From positions 99,946,001 to 100,010,000 of the forward strand of contig NC_058368.1 of assembly GCF_018350175.1 (NCBI RefSeq): a stretch of DNA of 64,000 nucleotides, in the 5' to 3' direction. The notes below the pieces were generated by a model. The model was not told the DNA's origin. It made no database searches and saw only the letters and a program-made list of their open reading frames with translations. Below are positions 1-14,674 of this stretch, piece after piece. The stretch comes from Felis catus (taxonomy: Eukaryota). The position numbers were made by a program, and so were the translations under genes. Positions within the stretch are counted from its first letter, which is position 1; each line of letters opens with the position of its first letter.

Positions 1-286
1 TCACTCTTATGTGGAATCTGAGAAACTTAACAGAAGACCATGAAAGAGGGGAAGGAAAAAAAAAGGTTAGAGAGGGAGGGAGCCAAAACATAAGAGACCC
101 TGAAAAACTGAGAACAAACTGAGGGTTGATAGGGGAGTGGGAGGGAGGGAAGGGTGGGTGATAGGTATTGAGGAAGGCACCTGTTGGAATGAGCACTGGA
201 TGTTGTATGGAAACCAATTTGACAATAAATTTCATATTTAAAAATAAAAAATAATAATAAAAAATAAAAAAAAATATTTAAAAAAA
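1..286 (+). mobile_element. 3' end (3'UTR + A-rich tail) of a feline L1 (L1_Fc-like), truncated by the window edge
   Basis: tcactcttatgtggaatctgagaaacttaacagaagacca..., G-rich tract, ...gacaataaatttcatatt then an A-rich tail. Confidence 0.85.
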
Positions 287-1856
287 GAACCGGAGTTAAA
301 GAACTCAATAAATGAAATAAAAAATGTACCCAACAGAATAGACAGACTAGAGGAATAAAAAGAACAGATCAGTTACCTGAAGGACAGGGGTACTGGAAAG
401 CAACCAATCTGAACAGAAAAAGAATTTTAAAAATTAGAGTAGGTTAAGGGAGCTCAGCAACATCATCAAGCATAAAAACATTTGTATTATAGGAATCCAA
501 GAAGGAGAAGAAAGAGAAAAAGGACAGAGAATTTATCTGAAGAAATGACAGCTGAAAACTTCCCTAATTAGGAAAACAAACCAACAAACATCCAGTCTTG
601 CAATCAAGACTACTCTATCCAGCAAGGTTATCATTCAGAATAGGAGATAGGAAAGATAAAGAATTTTCCAGACAACCAAAAGTTAAAGGAATTCATTACC
701 ATTAGACCAGCCTTACAAGAAACATTAAAGCGAATTCTCTGAATGGAAACAAAAGCCTATAATCAGAAGTAAGAAAATTAGAAAAGAAAAAAAAGATTCA
801 CAGATACATACAAACATAATAAATGTGTGGATTAATCGTGTATAAAACCAGTACAGAGATTAAAGCACAAAAGCAGTAAAATCAATTTTATCTATAAAAA
901 TCAGTCAAGGGATTCACAAAATAAAAGGATGTAAGGTATGACATCATATACATAAAATATGGTTGGAGAGGAAGTAAAAATTTAGTGCTTTAAGAATGGG
1001 TTCAGACTTAAGCGATCATCATCCTGAAGTAGGCTGCTACATGCATAGGATGTTACATATAAACGTCAAGGTAACCGTAAATCAAAAACCTGTAATATAT
1101 ATGCAAAAAATAAAGATACAGGAACATGCTGATTAAAAGTGAAGGGATGGATATTATGCAAATGAAAGCAAAAAGAAAGCTAGTTACCAATACTTACATT
1201 GGACGAAACAGACTTTGAACAAACACTGTAACAAGACACAAAGGATACTACCAAATCATAAAAGTGACAATTCAACAAGAAGTTATAATAATTGTAAATA
1301 TGCACCGAACATGAAAGCATCCAAATACATAAAACAAGTATTAATAGACATTACCAAGGAAGAAATTGATAGCAAAACAATAATGGTAGGGAACATTAAC
1401 ATCCCACTAGATCAATGGATATTTCATCCACACATAAAATCAATAAGGAAATAGTGGGTTTGAATGACACATTGGACCAGATAGACCTAATAGACATACT
1501 CAGAACATTCCATCCCAAAACAACAGAATATATATTATTTTCAAGTGCACATGGAACATTCTCCAAAATAGACCACATGTTAGGCCACAAAACATGTCCA
1601 ACAAATCCAAAAAGGTTGCAATCATATTGTGCATCTTTTCTGACCACAATGGTATGGAAACTAAAAATCAAACACAAGAAAAAAGTCTGGAAAGAATGCA
1701 AAGACAAGGAGGTTAAATAACATGCCACTAAATAATAAATGGGCCAACCAAGAAATCAAAGAATAAATAATAAAATACATGAGACAAATGAAAATGAAAA
1801 CACATGATCCAAAATATTTGGATGCAGCAAAAACTGTTCTAAGAGGGAAGATTATA

Positions 1857-2068
1857 GGGGCACCTGGATGGCTCAGGCAGTTAAGCATCCGACTTCAGCT
1901 CAGATCATGATCTCATGGTTTGTGAGTTCAAGCCCCACATTGGGCTCTGAGCTCACAGCTCACAGCTCAGAGCCTAGAGCCTGCTTTGGATTCTGTGTCT
2001 CCTTCTCTCTCTGCCCCTCCCCTGCTTGTTCTCTCTCTCTCTCTCAAAAATAAACTATAAAAAAAGAT
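1857..2068 (+). mobile_element. Can-SINE (SINEC_Fc-type)
   Basis: tRNA-derived head ggggcacctggatggctcag, (CT)n, A tail; TSD ggaagattatag. Confidence 0.9.
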
Positions 2069-2111
2069 GGAAGATTATAGTAATACAGGCCTACTTTAAG
2101 AAGCAGGAAAA

Positions 2112-2282
2112 GGGCACCTTGTTGGCTCAATTGGTTGAATGTCTGACTTTGTGAGTTTGAGCCCTTTATCCAGCAGGCTCACTGCTGTTTGAGCACAGAA
2201 CCCACTTGGGATTCTCTGTCCCCTTCAATCTCTGCCCCTCCCATGCTCTCACTCTCTCAAAAATAAATACAACATTTTTAAA
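2112..2282 (+). mobile_element. Can-SINE, internally deleted
   Basis: gggcaccttgttggctca head, (CT)n, A tail; TSD aagcaggaaaa. Confidence 0.85.
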
Positions 2283-2556
2283 AAGCAGGAAAAATCTCAA
2301 ACAGCTTAAACTTATGCCAAAAGGAACTAGAAAAAGAATAAACAAAGCCCAAAACCAGTAGAAGGAAGAAAATAATAAAGATTAAAATACAAACAAATTA
2401 AATAGAAACAAACAAACAATGAAAAAAAAAGCCCAATAGATATCAATAAAACCAAGGGCAGCTTTCTTGAGTAGACCAACAAAATTGATAAACTTTTAGC
2501 CAGATTCATAAAAGTTAAAAAAAAAGTACTCAAACAAAATCGGAAATGAAAGAGAT

Positions 2557-2760
2557 GGGGCGCCTGGGTGGCTCAGTGAGTTAAGCATCTGACTCTTGAT
2601 TTTGGCTCAGATAATGATCTCACGGTTCACGAGATTGAGTCCCACATTGGGCTCTGTACTGACAGTATAGAGACTCCTTGGGATTCTCTCTCTCTCTGCC
2701 CCTCCTCCACTCCAGCATGCACGCTCTCTCTCAAAATAAATAAATAAACTTAAAAAAAAG
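2557..2760 (+). mobile_element. Can-SINE (older subfamily)
   Basis: ggggcgcctgggtggctcagtgagttaagcatctgactcttgattttggctcag, (CT)n, A tail. Confidence 0.9.
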
Positions 2761-4289
2761 AAATAAAAGAGGAGAAATAATAATCACCACCACAGAAATA
2801 CAAAAGGTTATAAGAGAATATTATAAAAATTATATGTCAACAAATTGGACAACCTAGGAAAAATGGATAAATTCCTAGAAATACATAACCTTGCAAAAAT
2901 GAATCAGGAAGAAATATAAAATGGAAATAGACTAATGAAATTGAGTGATTAATCAAAAAATTGCCAACAGACAGAAGTCCTAGACCAGATGGCTTCACAG
3001 TTGAATTCTACCAAACATTTAAAGAAGAGTTAATAAATATTGTTTTCACACTGCTCCAAAAAATAGAAGAGGAAGGAAAACTTCCAAATTTATTCTGACA
3101 CCAGAATGACCCTGATATCAAAACCAGATACAAAAAAAGGAGAACTATAGACCAATATTTCTGATGAACATAGATACAAAAATCCTGAACAAAATATTAA
3201 CAAACTGAATCCAACAATATATTTAAAAAAAAAATCATTCACCATGATCAAGTGGGATTTATTCCAGGGATGCAAAGGCGATTCAATATTTGCAAATCAA
3301 TCAACATGATACATCACATCAACAAGATAAATGATAAAAATCACACGACCATTTCAATAGATACAGGAAAAGCTTTTTACAAAATACCATATCCATTCAT
3401 GATTAAAAAAAAAAACACTTCAACAAAGTAGGTTTAGAGAGAACATACTTCAACATAATAAAAGCCTTATATGAAAAACTCACAGCTAATATCAGATTGA
3501 ATGGTGAAAAACTGAGAACTGTTCCTCTAAGATCAGGAAGACAAGGATGTCCACTCTCACCACTTTTATTCAACATAGTACTGGAAGTCCTAATCACAGC
3601 AATCAGACAAAAAAAAAAAAGAAATAAAAAGTAGTTGGTAAGGAAGAAGTAAAACTTTCACTACTTGCAGATCACATAATATATATATATATATAAAACC
3701 CTAAAGACTCCACCCAAAAACTATTAAAATTGGCAAATTAATTCAGTAAAGTTACAGGATACAAAATTAATATACAGAAATCTATTGCATTTTTATACAC
3801 TAAGAATGAAGTAGCGGAAAGAGCAATTAAAAAAAACGTCCCATTTACAATTGTAACAAAAAGGATAAAAAACCTAGGAATAAATTTAATCAATAGGGTG
3901 AAAGATCTATGCTCTGAAAACTATAAAACACTGATGAAAGAAACTGAAGATGACACAAACAAATGGAGAGATATTCTATGCCCATGGATTGGGAGAACAG
4001 ATATTGTTAAAATGTCTATACTACCCAAAGCAATCCACAGATTTAATGCAATCCCTATCAAAATACCAACTGCATTTTTCACAGAAGTAGAACGAATAAT
4101 TTTAAAATTTGTATGGAAACACATAAGACCCCAAATAGCCAAAGTAATTATGAGAAAGAAGAACAAAGCTGGAGGTATCACAATCCCAGATTTCAAGATA
4201 TACAACAAAGCTGTAGTCATCAAAACAGCATGATACTGACAAGAGCACTAAAAGAAACACATAGATCAATATAACAGAATAGAGACCTT

Positions 4290-4508
4290 GGGGCGCCTAG
4301 GTGGCTCAGTCGGTTAAGCATCCGACTTCAGCTCAGGTCACGATCTCACGGTCCGTGAGTTTGAGCCCCACGTCAGGCTCTGGGCTGATGGCTCGGAGCC
4401 TGGAGCCTGCTTCCCATTCTGTGTCTCCCTCTCTCTCTGCCCCGCCCCCGTTCATGCTCTGTCTCTGTCTCAAAAATAAATAAAACGTTAAAAAAAAGTT
4501 AAAAAAAA
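4290..4508 (+). mobile_element. SINEC_Fc
   Basis: Feline-type body (gggctgatggctcggagcctggagcc); near-TSD aacag(a/g)atagagacc. Confidence 0.92.
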
Positions 4509-5729
4509 ACAGGATAGAGACCCCAGAAATAAACAATTATATAGTCAATTAATCTTCAACAAAGCAGGAAATAATATCCAATGAGAAAAAGACACTCACA
4601 AATGGTGTTGGGAAAACTGGACACCAACATGCAAAAGCATAAACAAACCAAAAAAAAAAAAACACCTGAAAATATAAAAACTGGACCACTTTTTTACACC
4701 ATACACAAAAATAAATTCAAAATGGATTAAATACCTAAATATGAGATCTGAAACCATAAAGTTCCTAGAAGAAAACACAGGCAATAATCTCTTTGACATC
4801 AGCAGTACTAACATTTTTCTAGGTATGTCCCTTTTGGGAAGTTAAACAAAAGTAAAATTAAACCATTGGGACGGCATCAAAATAAAAGGCTTCTGAACAG
4901 TGAAGGAAACCATCAGCAAAAGAAAAAGACCACCTACTGAATGGAAAAGATATTTGCAAGTGATACATCTGGTAAGTGGTTCATATCCAAAATATATGAA
5001 GAACTTGTACAACTCAACACCAAACCCATAAATAATCCAATTAAGAAATGAATAAAGCACATGAATTAGATATTTTTCCAAAGAAGACATACAAATGGCC
5101 AGCATACACTTGAAAGATGCTCGACATCACTCATCATCAGGATAATACAAATCAACCACAATGAGATGTCACCATCTCATTGGCTAAAACATAAGAATGG
5201 CTAAAAACATAAGAATGGCTAAAACATAAGAATGGCTAAAAACATAAGAAACAACAAATGTTGGTGAGAATTTGGATAAAAAGTCACCACCGTTCACTGT
5301 TGGTGGGAACGCAACATGGTGCAGCCACTGTGAAAAACAGTATAGAGGTTTCTCAAGAAACTAAAAATAGAATTACCATATGATCCAGTAATTCCACCAC
5401 TGGTTATTTAACCAAAGAAAATGAAAATATTAATTCAAAAAGATGTACACACCCCTGTGTTTATAGTAACAGTATCTCTAATAGCCAAGATATGGAAGCA
5501 ACCCAAGTGTCCCTCCATAGATGAATGGGTAAAGAAGTGGTATATGTATACAATGGAATACTATTTTCAGCCTTAAAAAATAATGAGCTCTTGCCATTTG
5601 CAAAAACATGAATGGAGCTAGAGAGTATAATGCTAAGAAAAGAGTCAGAGAAAGACAAAGACCTTATTATTTCACTCAGATGTGAAACTTAAGAAACAAA
5701 ACAAATAACTCCAGGGAAAAAAGAGAGAT

Positions 5730-5942
5730 GGGGCACCTGAGTGGCTCAGTTGGTTAAGCATACAACTCTTGGTTTTGGCTCAGGTCATGGTCTCATGACC
5801 AGTGAGACTGACCCCAGTGTTGTGCTCTATGCTGACAGCACACGGAGCTGCTTGGGATTCTCTCTCTCCTTTCCTCTCTGCCCCTCCCCCACTTGCTCTC
5901 TTCTCTCGCTCTCTCTTTCAAAATAAATAAAATAAACTTTAA
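5730..5942 (+). mobile_element. Can-SINE
   Basis: ggggcacctgagtggctcagttggttaagc head; TSD aaaaaagagagat. Confidence 0.9.
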
Positions 5943-6195
5943 AAAAGAGAGATAGAGAGAACCCAAGAACCAGACCCTTAACTATAGAGAACAAACTGAT
6001 GGTTACCAGAGGGGAGGTGGGTAGGGGGAAAGGGTTAAATAGATGATGGGGATTAAGGAGTACATTTGTCATGATGAGCATCTGGTGTTGCATGCAAGTA
6101 ATGAATCACTACAATGCATACCTGAAACTAATATAACACTGTATGCTAATTAACTGTAATTAAAATAGAAATTAAAAATAAATAAAAAATAAAAC

Positions 6196-6414
6196 AAAGG
6201 AACAAAAGAAGGGAAAACAAAAATAAACTTTTAAATATAGAGAACGAACTTGTTGCTATAGGGGAGGTGGGCAGGGACATGGGTGAAACAGATAAAGGAG
6301 ATTAAGAGTACACTCATCTTCATGAGCACTGAGTATTGTATAGAATTGTTGAATCAATATGTTTATATCTGAAATTAATATAACACTGTATGTTAATTAT
6401 ACTTGAATAAAAAG
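6196..6414 (+). mobile_element. Second, diverged L1 3'UTR end (L1MA9/L1_Carn-like) directly behind the first
   Basis: Repeats the 3'UTR motif series (tatagagaac.aact...ggggaggtggg...catgagcactgag...ctgaaattaatataacactgtatg) seen at 5982-6160. Confidence 0.75.
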
Positions 6415-8966
6415 AATTCCAACTGGCTGTTTGGGAAATTTGATAGTACATTATTTTCAGCCACCCATGTGACTATAGATAGACTGAGGTCAAAACCCAG
6501 TTAACTAAAACAAAAGCTCTGTGGACAAAAAAAGTTCTCAGAAAATATGTCAACATACTCCCCCATCACCGTTTTTTCTTTTCTAATTCAGTTCCTGAAT
6601 CCTCTAAGGGTCAGCTCAATTTTCAACACTTTCCTGAATTCTTCCTTATCCATCAAAATTAGTAATGATTATACTAGGCTATCTTATACTTGATTTTATT
6701 AAACATCTATATGTTGAGGGCAAATCAAGACACTCCAAGGTAACTAAAACCCTCAAATTTATTCAAATTAATAGCCTTTAAATATGAATTTAGGATTTAC
6801 CTTGGAGGGAGGAATCCTGATTTTTTTAATGTTCATAAATGTAAAAACCTTTCATTTTCAGAGTAGAGGATTTATTACATGTATAATATATGAGCTCATT
6901 TGGATTATATTTCATTCTACATTTTTCTCATCAATCACAACGGACTCACATTCCTCACAGTCAAAAAAATTGAAAGTAATGTACAGAAATATAGTGCCAA
7001 ATTCTTTTACAAAATACGTGGGGTTTTTTTCTGTCTTTAGTGTTAGCAAAACATTTCCAAACTGTCTATGGTTTTTGCTAGAGTTTTCCTATGCAGTATC
7101 TTGAATAAGAAATCTTTGGGAAGCATATTAAAGAGTTAAACTTTTTTGTATTCTTTTTTTGTACCCTTGGATTTATCATTCATTTTATAAAACTTCAGCT
7201 TCCATGACTGCTGATATCAGGTGACTGTCAACTGATTGGCGCAGAGTTGGTAGCATGGCCTGCAGTTGCCCTCTGAACCTTGAATATCACTTGTTCAGAT
7301 GGGTAATGTTTAAGGGCAGTGTTTATTTTGAAGTGTTTAGTTGTAGAGGCTGAATGTATCACGAGGAAGGGTTGCATAAGGAGTCATATGGGGAACTCCA
7401 AAGTTAGTTTGGCTGCCAGGACATCTAGCCCCTCCCTCTAACTCTTTTAAAAACGTGAATTCCTGCTGTGCCTTATGAATTGATCCAACTAACGACTTTG
7501 AAGCTCTCAAAATAACAAGTGGGTGAGGTGAGTGGTAACTGATTCAAAATCATCCTTATGTGACACCTACCCTCAGGTCCTAATATAATCCTCTAGGAGC
7601 AGTTAATTGAAAAATCCATGATATATGTCATTATGTAACCATCCCTACTGTTTAAAACTCATTATCTGAGCATATTAACAGAATATTCAGCTATAATAGG
7701 CATTTGGTATGGATCTGTAGGTTTCATAAGGACTTTTCATGAATCTATAATGCTTCTTCCCTATCTTAGATTTCTTCCTTTCTGTAATAACACATCTCCA
7801 TTCTCTGCCTCATGGCAAGAGTCATGTTTTTCAGTAAGCCGTATATTGAGGTACTTCCTAATATATATCTTTCAACAATTTCAAATATTATCTTTTTGTT
7901 TCTTGGTTACATTAGTATTTTTCAAAAACTAAACTTTTATATACTCACACTATGCACTTAGTAACTTTATTAAAACCAATAGTGCATTCTATTCTGAGCT
8001 GATTCATTGGCAGCAAAGATTTGACAGAAATATACCGCATAGTACAGTATCACTTTCACCTGAATCCAGATTGACCCAGTGCATTTATATTAAGAGTTAT
8101 TCACTGAAAGCAATGGAGCTGAGCCCAAATTAACAATGCTCCCTTGCTTTCTAAGAAGTCTCATCATAAAACTTCTTTGAAATCGGGGGCCTCTTTTATC
8201 TCCTACCTCCCTATAATGGTATGCACACTGTCTTTTAACCCAAGAAACTTGAATACCTTTTCTTGTTCTCATGGAGTATTTCTGAAATATATTGCGCAGT
8301 AGAGGTCTGGTCAAAAAACAGGTGATTGTTGCAAATAATAGTTAACATAAAAGAAAGAAATTGAAAATGCCTTTTGTTGCTATTATGATTTTTTTGGTAA
8401 GGCTCTTACAAATCTGACAGGTCTACCGTCTCACTCGTGTGTCACAGTCCAATGGCTGAGATGATATTGTAGGACTAACATTATGGGGGGAAATGTAATA
8501 ACTTAGAGTTGTTATGGTTGTGTGGGTTATACCAAGCTGCTCACCACTTGATCCTCATACTCCCTTGTGGCAGGGAGCACACATTACTGGTTGAAAGGAG
8601 ATATATGATTGGAGAATGATCAGAGAAATAAGTTCTCTACAAAAAATACCCAGTTTACATAATGTGAAAATCAATCACTTAGACCTAATTAGCATCATAT
8701 TTGAATGAAATTAAGTGACAGAGTTGCCTATATTTATTAAGTACTCTCATATGTATAGCAAGAAGCTCTTAACAACAGGCAAAAATATAGCCAAACAATA
8801 TACTGAAGAGTCAGAGAATCATTTGACTATTTTAACTGAAAATGTCTTTAAATATCATCTTGTCCTAATATGTTAACCGGTCTTTTGTTCATGTGAAATC
8901 AAAGAATAAATAAATTCATGGCTGATCAAGGTGAGAAGAGTGAGCACTGTTTTAGGGCAGTTCTCT

Positions 8967-9192
8967 ATTTTATGGTTTTTTGTTTTTTTGTTTTTTTGTT
9001 TTTTTGTTTTTTTTGAGAGAGAGAGAGAGCACCGGGGAGGGGCAGAGAGAGAAAGAGACACAGAATCAAAGGCAGGTTCCACACTCTGAGCTGTCAGCAC
9101 AGAGCTTGACGTGGAGCTCGAACTCATGAACCATGAGATCACGACCTGAGCCAAAATCAGATGCTAACTGACTGAGCCACCCATGAGCCCCA
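8967..9192 (-). mobile_element. Can-SINE
   Basis: T-rich tail, (GA)n, ...ctgagccaccc; TSD agggcagttctct. Confidence 0.9.
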
Positions 9193-12100
9193 GGGCAGTT
9201 CTCTTTTTTAACAATGACTTCTTCATTGAAAGTGTCACATATCATTGCTTAAAAGAGATTTTTTTAAAAATACGTATTGAATTTTAAAGTCAATAATAAG
9301 AAATATCAAATCTTATTAATTCATGGTTACAAAAAATATTGCATTATAATGGCCACAGATGTAACTTGTATTAAAATTACTTTCTTCATTTTTCAGGCTT
9401 CAATAAGCATTACCAAAATTAATTGTAATTAATTTTAACCCAATCTAAATGTAGAGGCTTAGGAAATCTTAGTATTGTGTTTGATATATTAAGAGTCTCA
9501 AAACCTGATTGCAGTTTTCTATATATAGATAAATATATTATATCTTGTTATTCCTCTCAAGTCTAACAGAAACAAAATATGGTCCCTTGGCTAGAGACTT
9601 TTGGATTCTGATGATGGTTAGGCAACCAACCTGAGTCTGACCAAACTTTAAATAAGCAATCCTGCAAGAAGAGACTTCATAAAATAGAAAGTAATGTGAG
9701 AGATTCCAATATTACTATAAATTAGGAGCAGTTGGTCCCAATGTATAATGGACCCGAACAGCATTGGCCAGCAAAGAGGAAATGATAACTTCGACCAGAG
9801 ACAAACAGAGAGCCCAGCACAGTTGGCAGTCTTGGTTTTGCCTGTCCAGTATTCCTTCCAACTTCTTTGGTATGCAATACTACCATCTTGTTTGGAGGTT
9901 TATTTTCTTTCCACTGAGTGTGGTCTTGGTATGATGTCAGTTAAGGGGATTTGACTTAATCTGGCCAAAGGGGAGAAGAAGGCACAGACCAATCTAGACC
10001 AACTCCACATACACAATAACTCTCAAGAATTTCACTCTGTTAAGTAATTGAGCTCAGAGTTGCAAGGGTAAAAAAAGATATGGAGCTGATTCTTTCCAAC
10101 TGTGAGCAAACAATCCACTAGGCAGTTCCACTGCCTCTAGCCTCAAAATTGCTTTTTCTATGACTTGATTCGATAGCTTTTAGTCTGTGTGTGACATACA
10201 GCTGTATTCTTCCAATAAATATATCTGTATCATTATTACAATTAGCTCAAATAAGTTTCTATTACTTTTATCCGACTAGTCTAAGTGTTTCGCTGAGGAG
10301 CTGGCTGAGTCCAGTACTGGCCTCCAAGTAGAGGGAAGGGCTGCTGATAGCCAATGTCAGTGTTCCAAGAACCATATCAAAGTGATGAAACCAAGTCAAT
10401 CTTGGTTCTGTCAAGTCTCAACTTCTTCAAAGAAGTTCACTCCAGGAAAAAATGCACATTGAGAAGAGAACAAGTAGGAGGATCCACACTTTTATATGAG
10501 ATGTATTGCCCTTACAGAAATATCAATCTCTTCAAAATAGTAGGCCTGGCAGAAACAAAGATGCTGCAAACAGGCCTCCTAGCCAGAGGACAAGACTGGC
10601 AGAATATTAGTGATGCCATGGGCTGAAGTTTAACACAAGGGATTAAAGAAGAGGCTAGAGATGGTGTCTAGATTAGGTGGGCCCTCCTAATCATCAGGGG
10701 TCATGTTGGCATAGCTACCCTAGATCTAGATTAACAGGACTGATTCCAAACTCTGTTTACTGGGACCAAAGTAGTCAACAAAGCCTTTTGCTCTAGTCAG
10801 AAATGGCCCAAGGGCAAAGCTGTACCAGCTCTTCTATCTGGGATGACAAGGCAGGGCTGGGTTAGAAGAGGATAAAGATGGTTTGGTAAGAGTGGAGAAA
10901 GTCCATGATAAACTGTGCTTTGAGCTGGAAAACAAAACGTTTAAATATGTAATCTAACACACTTCTTGCTGTTTCCCAAAATACTACCCCCCTGCATTTG
11001 AACTCTTCTCTTTTCTTGGGATGTCCTTTCTTTCATTCTTACATGGTAAGATTTTATTTTTTATTTTTTTGTATAATAGATCCAGCTCAAATGCTATCCT
11101 ATCTTCCAGGGAGAATTCTTGGCTCTAGAAATAAGCTTATGGTATTTTTACATAATTCTAATTTGAATTATTTATTCCTCCTACAGGAAGGCATGGACGA
11201 TTTCTAATTAATACATGGATTTGTGCACTGTGCCCTGCACATCACAGGCATACAGAACATAGTTGTTGAATGAATGAATGCCAAGTTCATGAAAGATGTA
11301 ACTCCCTCTCTGGCTGAAATTATTTATATCTCTCTTTAATGTTTTAAGTATTCATGAGAAATGTTTCAGCTAGAAATTAAACTCCATTAGCATTGGAGGC
11401 ACTGTGTGCCCTCCTTTACACACAAAATTAACTTTATTACTTATGGAGAAGAAATCTCTCCAAAATAAGGAGAAAGTGATAGGAATAAAGTGGAATAAAA
11501 ATAAAGAAGAATAGAGGGAAAACAAAGTGTATGTTTCACAACCCAGCTGTGGAATGTATTTCCATTTTTCTTGGGTCTTCCTGGGATATAGGTGGAATAG
11601 AACAACAAGGCACTTTAGTTTGTATTTGGAAAATATGCATAAGAATATCAGTTGCAATGAAAAAGAAAATGTGCTTAAATACTCCAGAACCAGCTATGGG
11701 GGAGGGGGAATCTAGATTCTCTGTGGTTGATGATCATTCTCTGCTTCCTTCAGATAGCTCTTTATTCCAGATCAAAGGCTTGAAAAGTATCATTTCTTCT
11801 CTAATACCCGAAATCCCAGCTTTCGGTTTCCAGCATCATCAGCATTATCTTCTTAGGAAATAGTTCTTCCTCAAGGATGAAGAATAATGAGTACCTTGTA
11901 ATATACATACCTGAAAGTATTCCATTTAGAATTCCTTGTTTCCAAAATACAAAATAAAGAATGCTTTTAAAAGGAGTGATTGAAGCATCATTTAACTTTT
12001 TTCTTTCCTCTCCATACAGAACCAGATTTACTCAATGTAAGTGAATTTAAAAATGCAATTTTAAAATAACCATGACAGCCTATTTGCTGCTAATATGTAT

Positions 12101-14674
12101 ATGAATTCAAGAAACAATAAATAATCAAGAGATCATTTGTTTCATAAAATTTCAGATAAATTTGTTTTTAGCAATTTAGAGTTCTGAAAAATATATCAGT
12201 GTATAAAGCACATTCGTGCATCTCCCAAAAGAGTGGCCTTTTGAAAGAAATCAAACCTTGTTTCCTTTTACAGGGATAATCAGGAAGATGTCCAAACAAT
12301 TGTTTTCAGTGAGCTTATGAACTTTTAGAAGGTTAAAGTCTCTATTCCTAGTTCTTTGGGGATTCTTCCTATGTCTTTCACAAGCCTGATACAAGCTTCA
12401 CTCATCACATGTGTTGGCAGTTTACAAGACTACTGTGCCTGCCAGAAACTAAGCCTACATTTTCACTCATCTTGAAGAGTTTGGCATTAAAAAAAAGCCA
12501 CTTACTTTTTCTATCAAATGATACTGCTCATTTATAAAAGTGAGAGGTCTGATTCCAAAATCATAGCAATTTGAAGGATCTCTCTTTTCAAATATCAGGA
12601 CCTCAAAGCATAAATGCTACAAATTAGAACTTATACAGTGACAGATAAAACTTCCTGCAAAACTGTCTTTTTAAAATTAAAACCATGATAATTATGTAAC
12701 ACTAAGCACAAAGGAATGTTCATTTCCAAAATGCACAAAGGAAAGCACAAAGAAATGTTCATTTCTCTAAATGTAACCTGACTCATGTAAAATTTTTGAA
12801 GAAAGGAATGATCCTAATTAGCAGAGGGTCATCCTAATGATACAGTGAATTTTTTCTCTAATTTACTTCTTGGATTTTTATTGTGTCCCTTTAGAAATGC
12901 AATACCACCACAAATCTTCAAATGCCCCAAATTCCATGGAGATACATGATACAATCAAAATCCTGCTTCCCCATAAATGGAGAACAACAAGGTTCCCAGT
13001 GCACTGCAAATATCTTCAAACTCTCTCCTCAGAAAAACCCCTCTCTCTCTCTTCCAAAGCTTTTTTCTTTTTAGCCTTCAAAACCAGTGTTGATTCATTA
13101 GAGTCTATATTAAAACTGAGAGTCTCTGGCCTGGCTATCTATAGCAGTGTAGATGTCTAGGCCATTGTTAGATGAGGGGAGAAGGTCCAACCATCTCTCT
13201 CCATGGTACGTAGATTGAAAAAAAGTGCCTTCCTTCCAGAAAGCTAGGAAATGTTTTCCAATCCTTAATTACTTTTCCACATCCCCTTATTCTGGAGACC
13301 AGTGCAGAATATAATCTCCAGCCGCCCTGGAGCTGGATGAATCAATTATTCTAGGGATCTTCCCATTCTGGGAATGGAGAGAAATGGATTCAGCAGAAGG
13401 GTCTGCCTCTTCCACTTCAGACAGTGAAACCATGACCAGTTATAATCAATTTCATGGTTTTACTTTACTGACCATCACTGCAGAACACCCTTCAAGGGAA
13501 GGGAATAAAAGGAAAAAAAGGCAGGCAGTCATGGCTAGAAGGGGAGGGTTTTCCATCTCCTTTGCTTTATAAGGCAGGAGAGTCTCAAGGATTCTTTGAG
13601 CAGAGGAATCCAGCAGAGGAGTAAGGTAACAACAATAATGTGAAAGGGAGCGTGTCAGCTAAAGAGAGCCTGTTCCACAACCTGCGAGGTCATTCCACCT
13701 GCTGTAAAATCACAGGGATTGCATACTGTTTGTACAATGTGACACAGTAAGTTGTCAAAATCACCTGAAAAGGTACTTAATTCCACCCCTAATTCTTATG
13801 TCCCTTCAGTTTTGATCAAAATTGAAATGAGCTCATTTGAATAAGCGTGCTTTCCATATGGTGGTTTATACAAAGCACAAGTATGTTTATAAACTTTTAA
13901 ATTTTGTCAAAAGGAAAAATATAAAATAACTCAACAGTCTCTGTGATTTTGTGAGCTAGTTATAAAAATAGAAGTTGATTTTTATGTCTTATGTACTTGA
14001 CACAAATTAAAATGATACAGCAGGAGTCCAGCATCTAAGCCTAGAGTTTTCCCCATCTTTCTCACCAATGTCCTTCTCCTCCCACTGGCCCACTGCCCCT
14101 CTCTTCACTCAGCCTCTGATACCCCAAATCCAGTGTTTCTCAAGCTTTAGAAATGTAGTTATCTCCTTCAATGGAAAAAATAATCTTTGAGGATTTCTGG
14201 TGTTGACAAATTCTTCTTTATTATTATGTTTGTTAAATATGTATAAACACAAAACTAAGTATAAACTCCTTATGCTTAGAGCTTATGTTTGGAACATTAA
14301 GTCTACAACCAAAACAAATTTACCAATGTATACAAACAAAATTTAAAAATCAATAAAATTCAATTAACATCAATTAAGTGAGACAGATGATGCTATTATG
14401 TTGCAACTAAACGTAAATACGATATTTAACTGCCTCTGCACACATCTGTCATCTTTGTTCTGAATGCTTACAGTATTTTCTGATATCTTTCAAGTGTTCT
14501 AAGACTTTTCTATTAAAACTATTGTAAAGCCTTAAATTGTCATGTGATGCCATTTGGCCTTTACCTGGTATGAAATGCATCATTTATGTATTAAGTTTCG
14601 CCTCTACTCTTTCCATAGTATCGCACATTTTAAGTGCCACTTTCCTTAAACTCATTCTTAGACACGAATGCACA

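Larger units (their letters stand above)
287..6195 (+). mobile_element. Older carnivore L1, degraded partial ORF1 + ORF2 + 3'UTR, interrupted by five SINEs
   Basis: ORF-track fragments match L1 ORF2p (LNDTLDQIDLIDILRTFHPK...[53 protein letters not shown]); many stops and frameshifts. Confidence 0.92.

Noticed and set aside
1857..1930. tRNA-like A/B box sequences at SINE heads
   Set aside because: tRNA-derived SINE promoters, not tRNA genes.
5181..5250. Short repeat array as CRISPR-like
   Set aside because: Head-to-tail tandem repeat without spacers, in mammalian L1.
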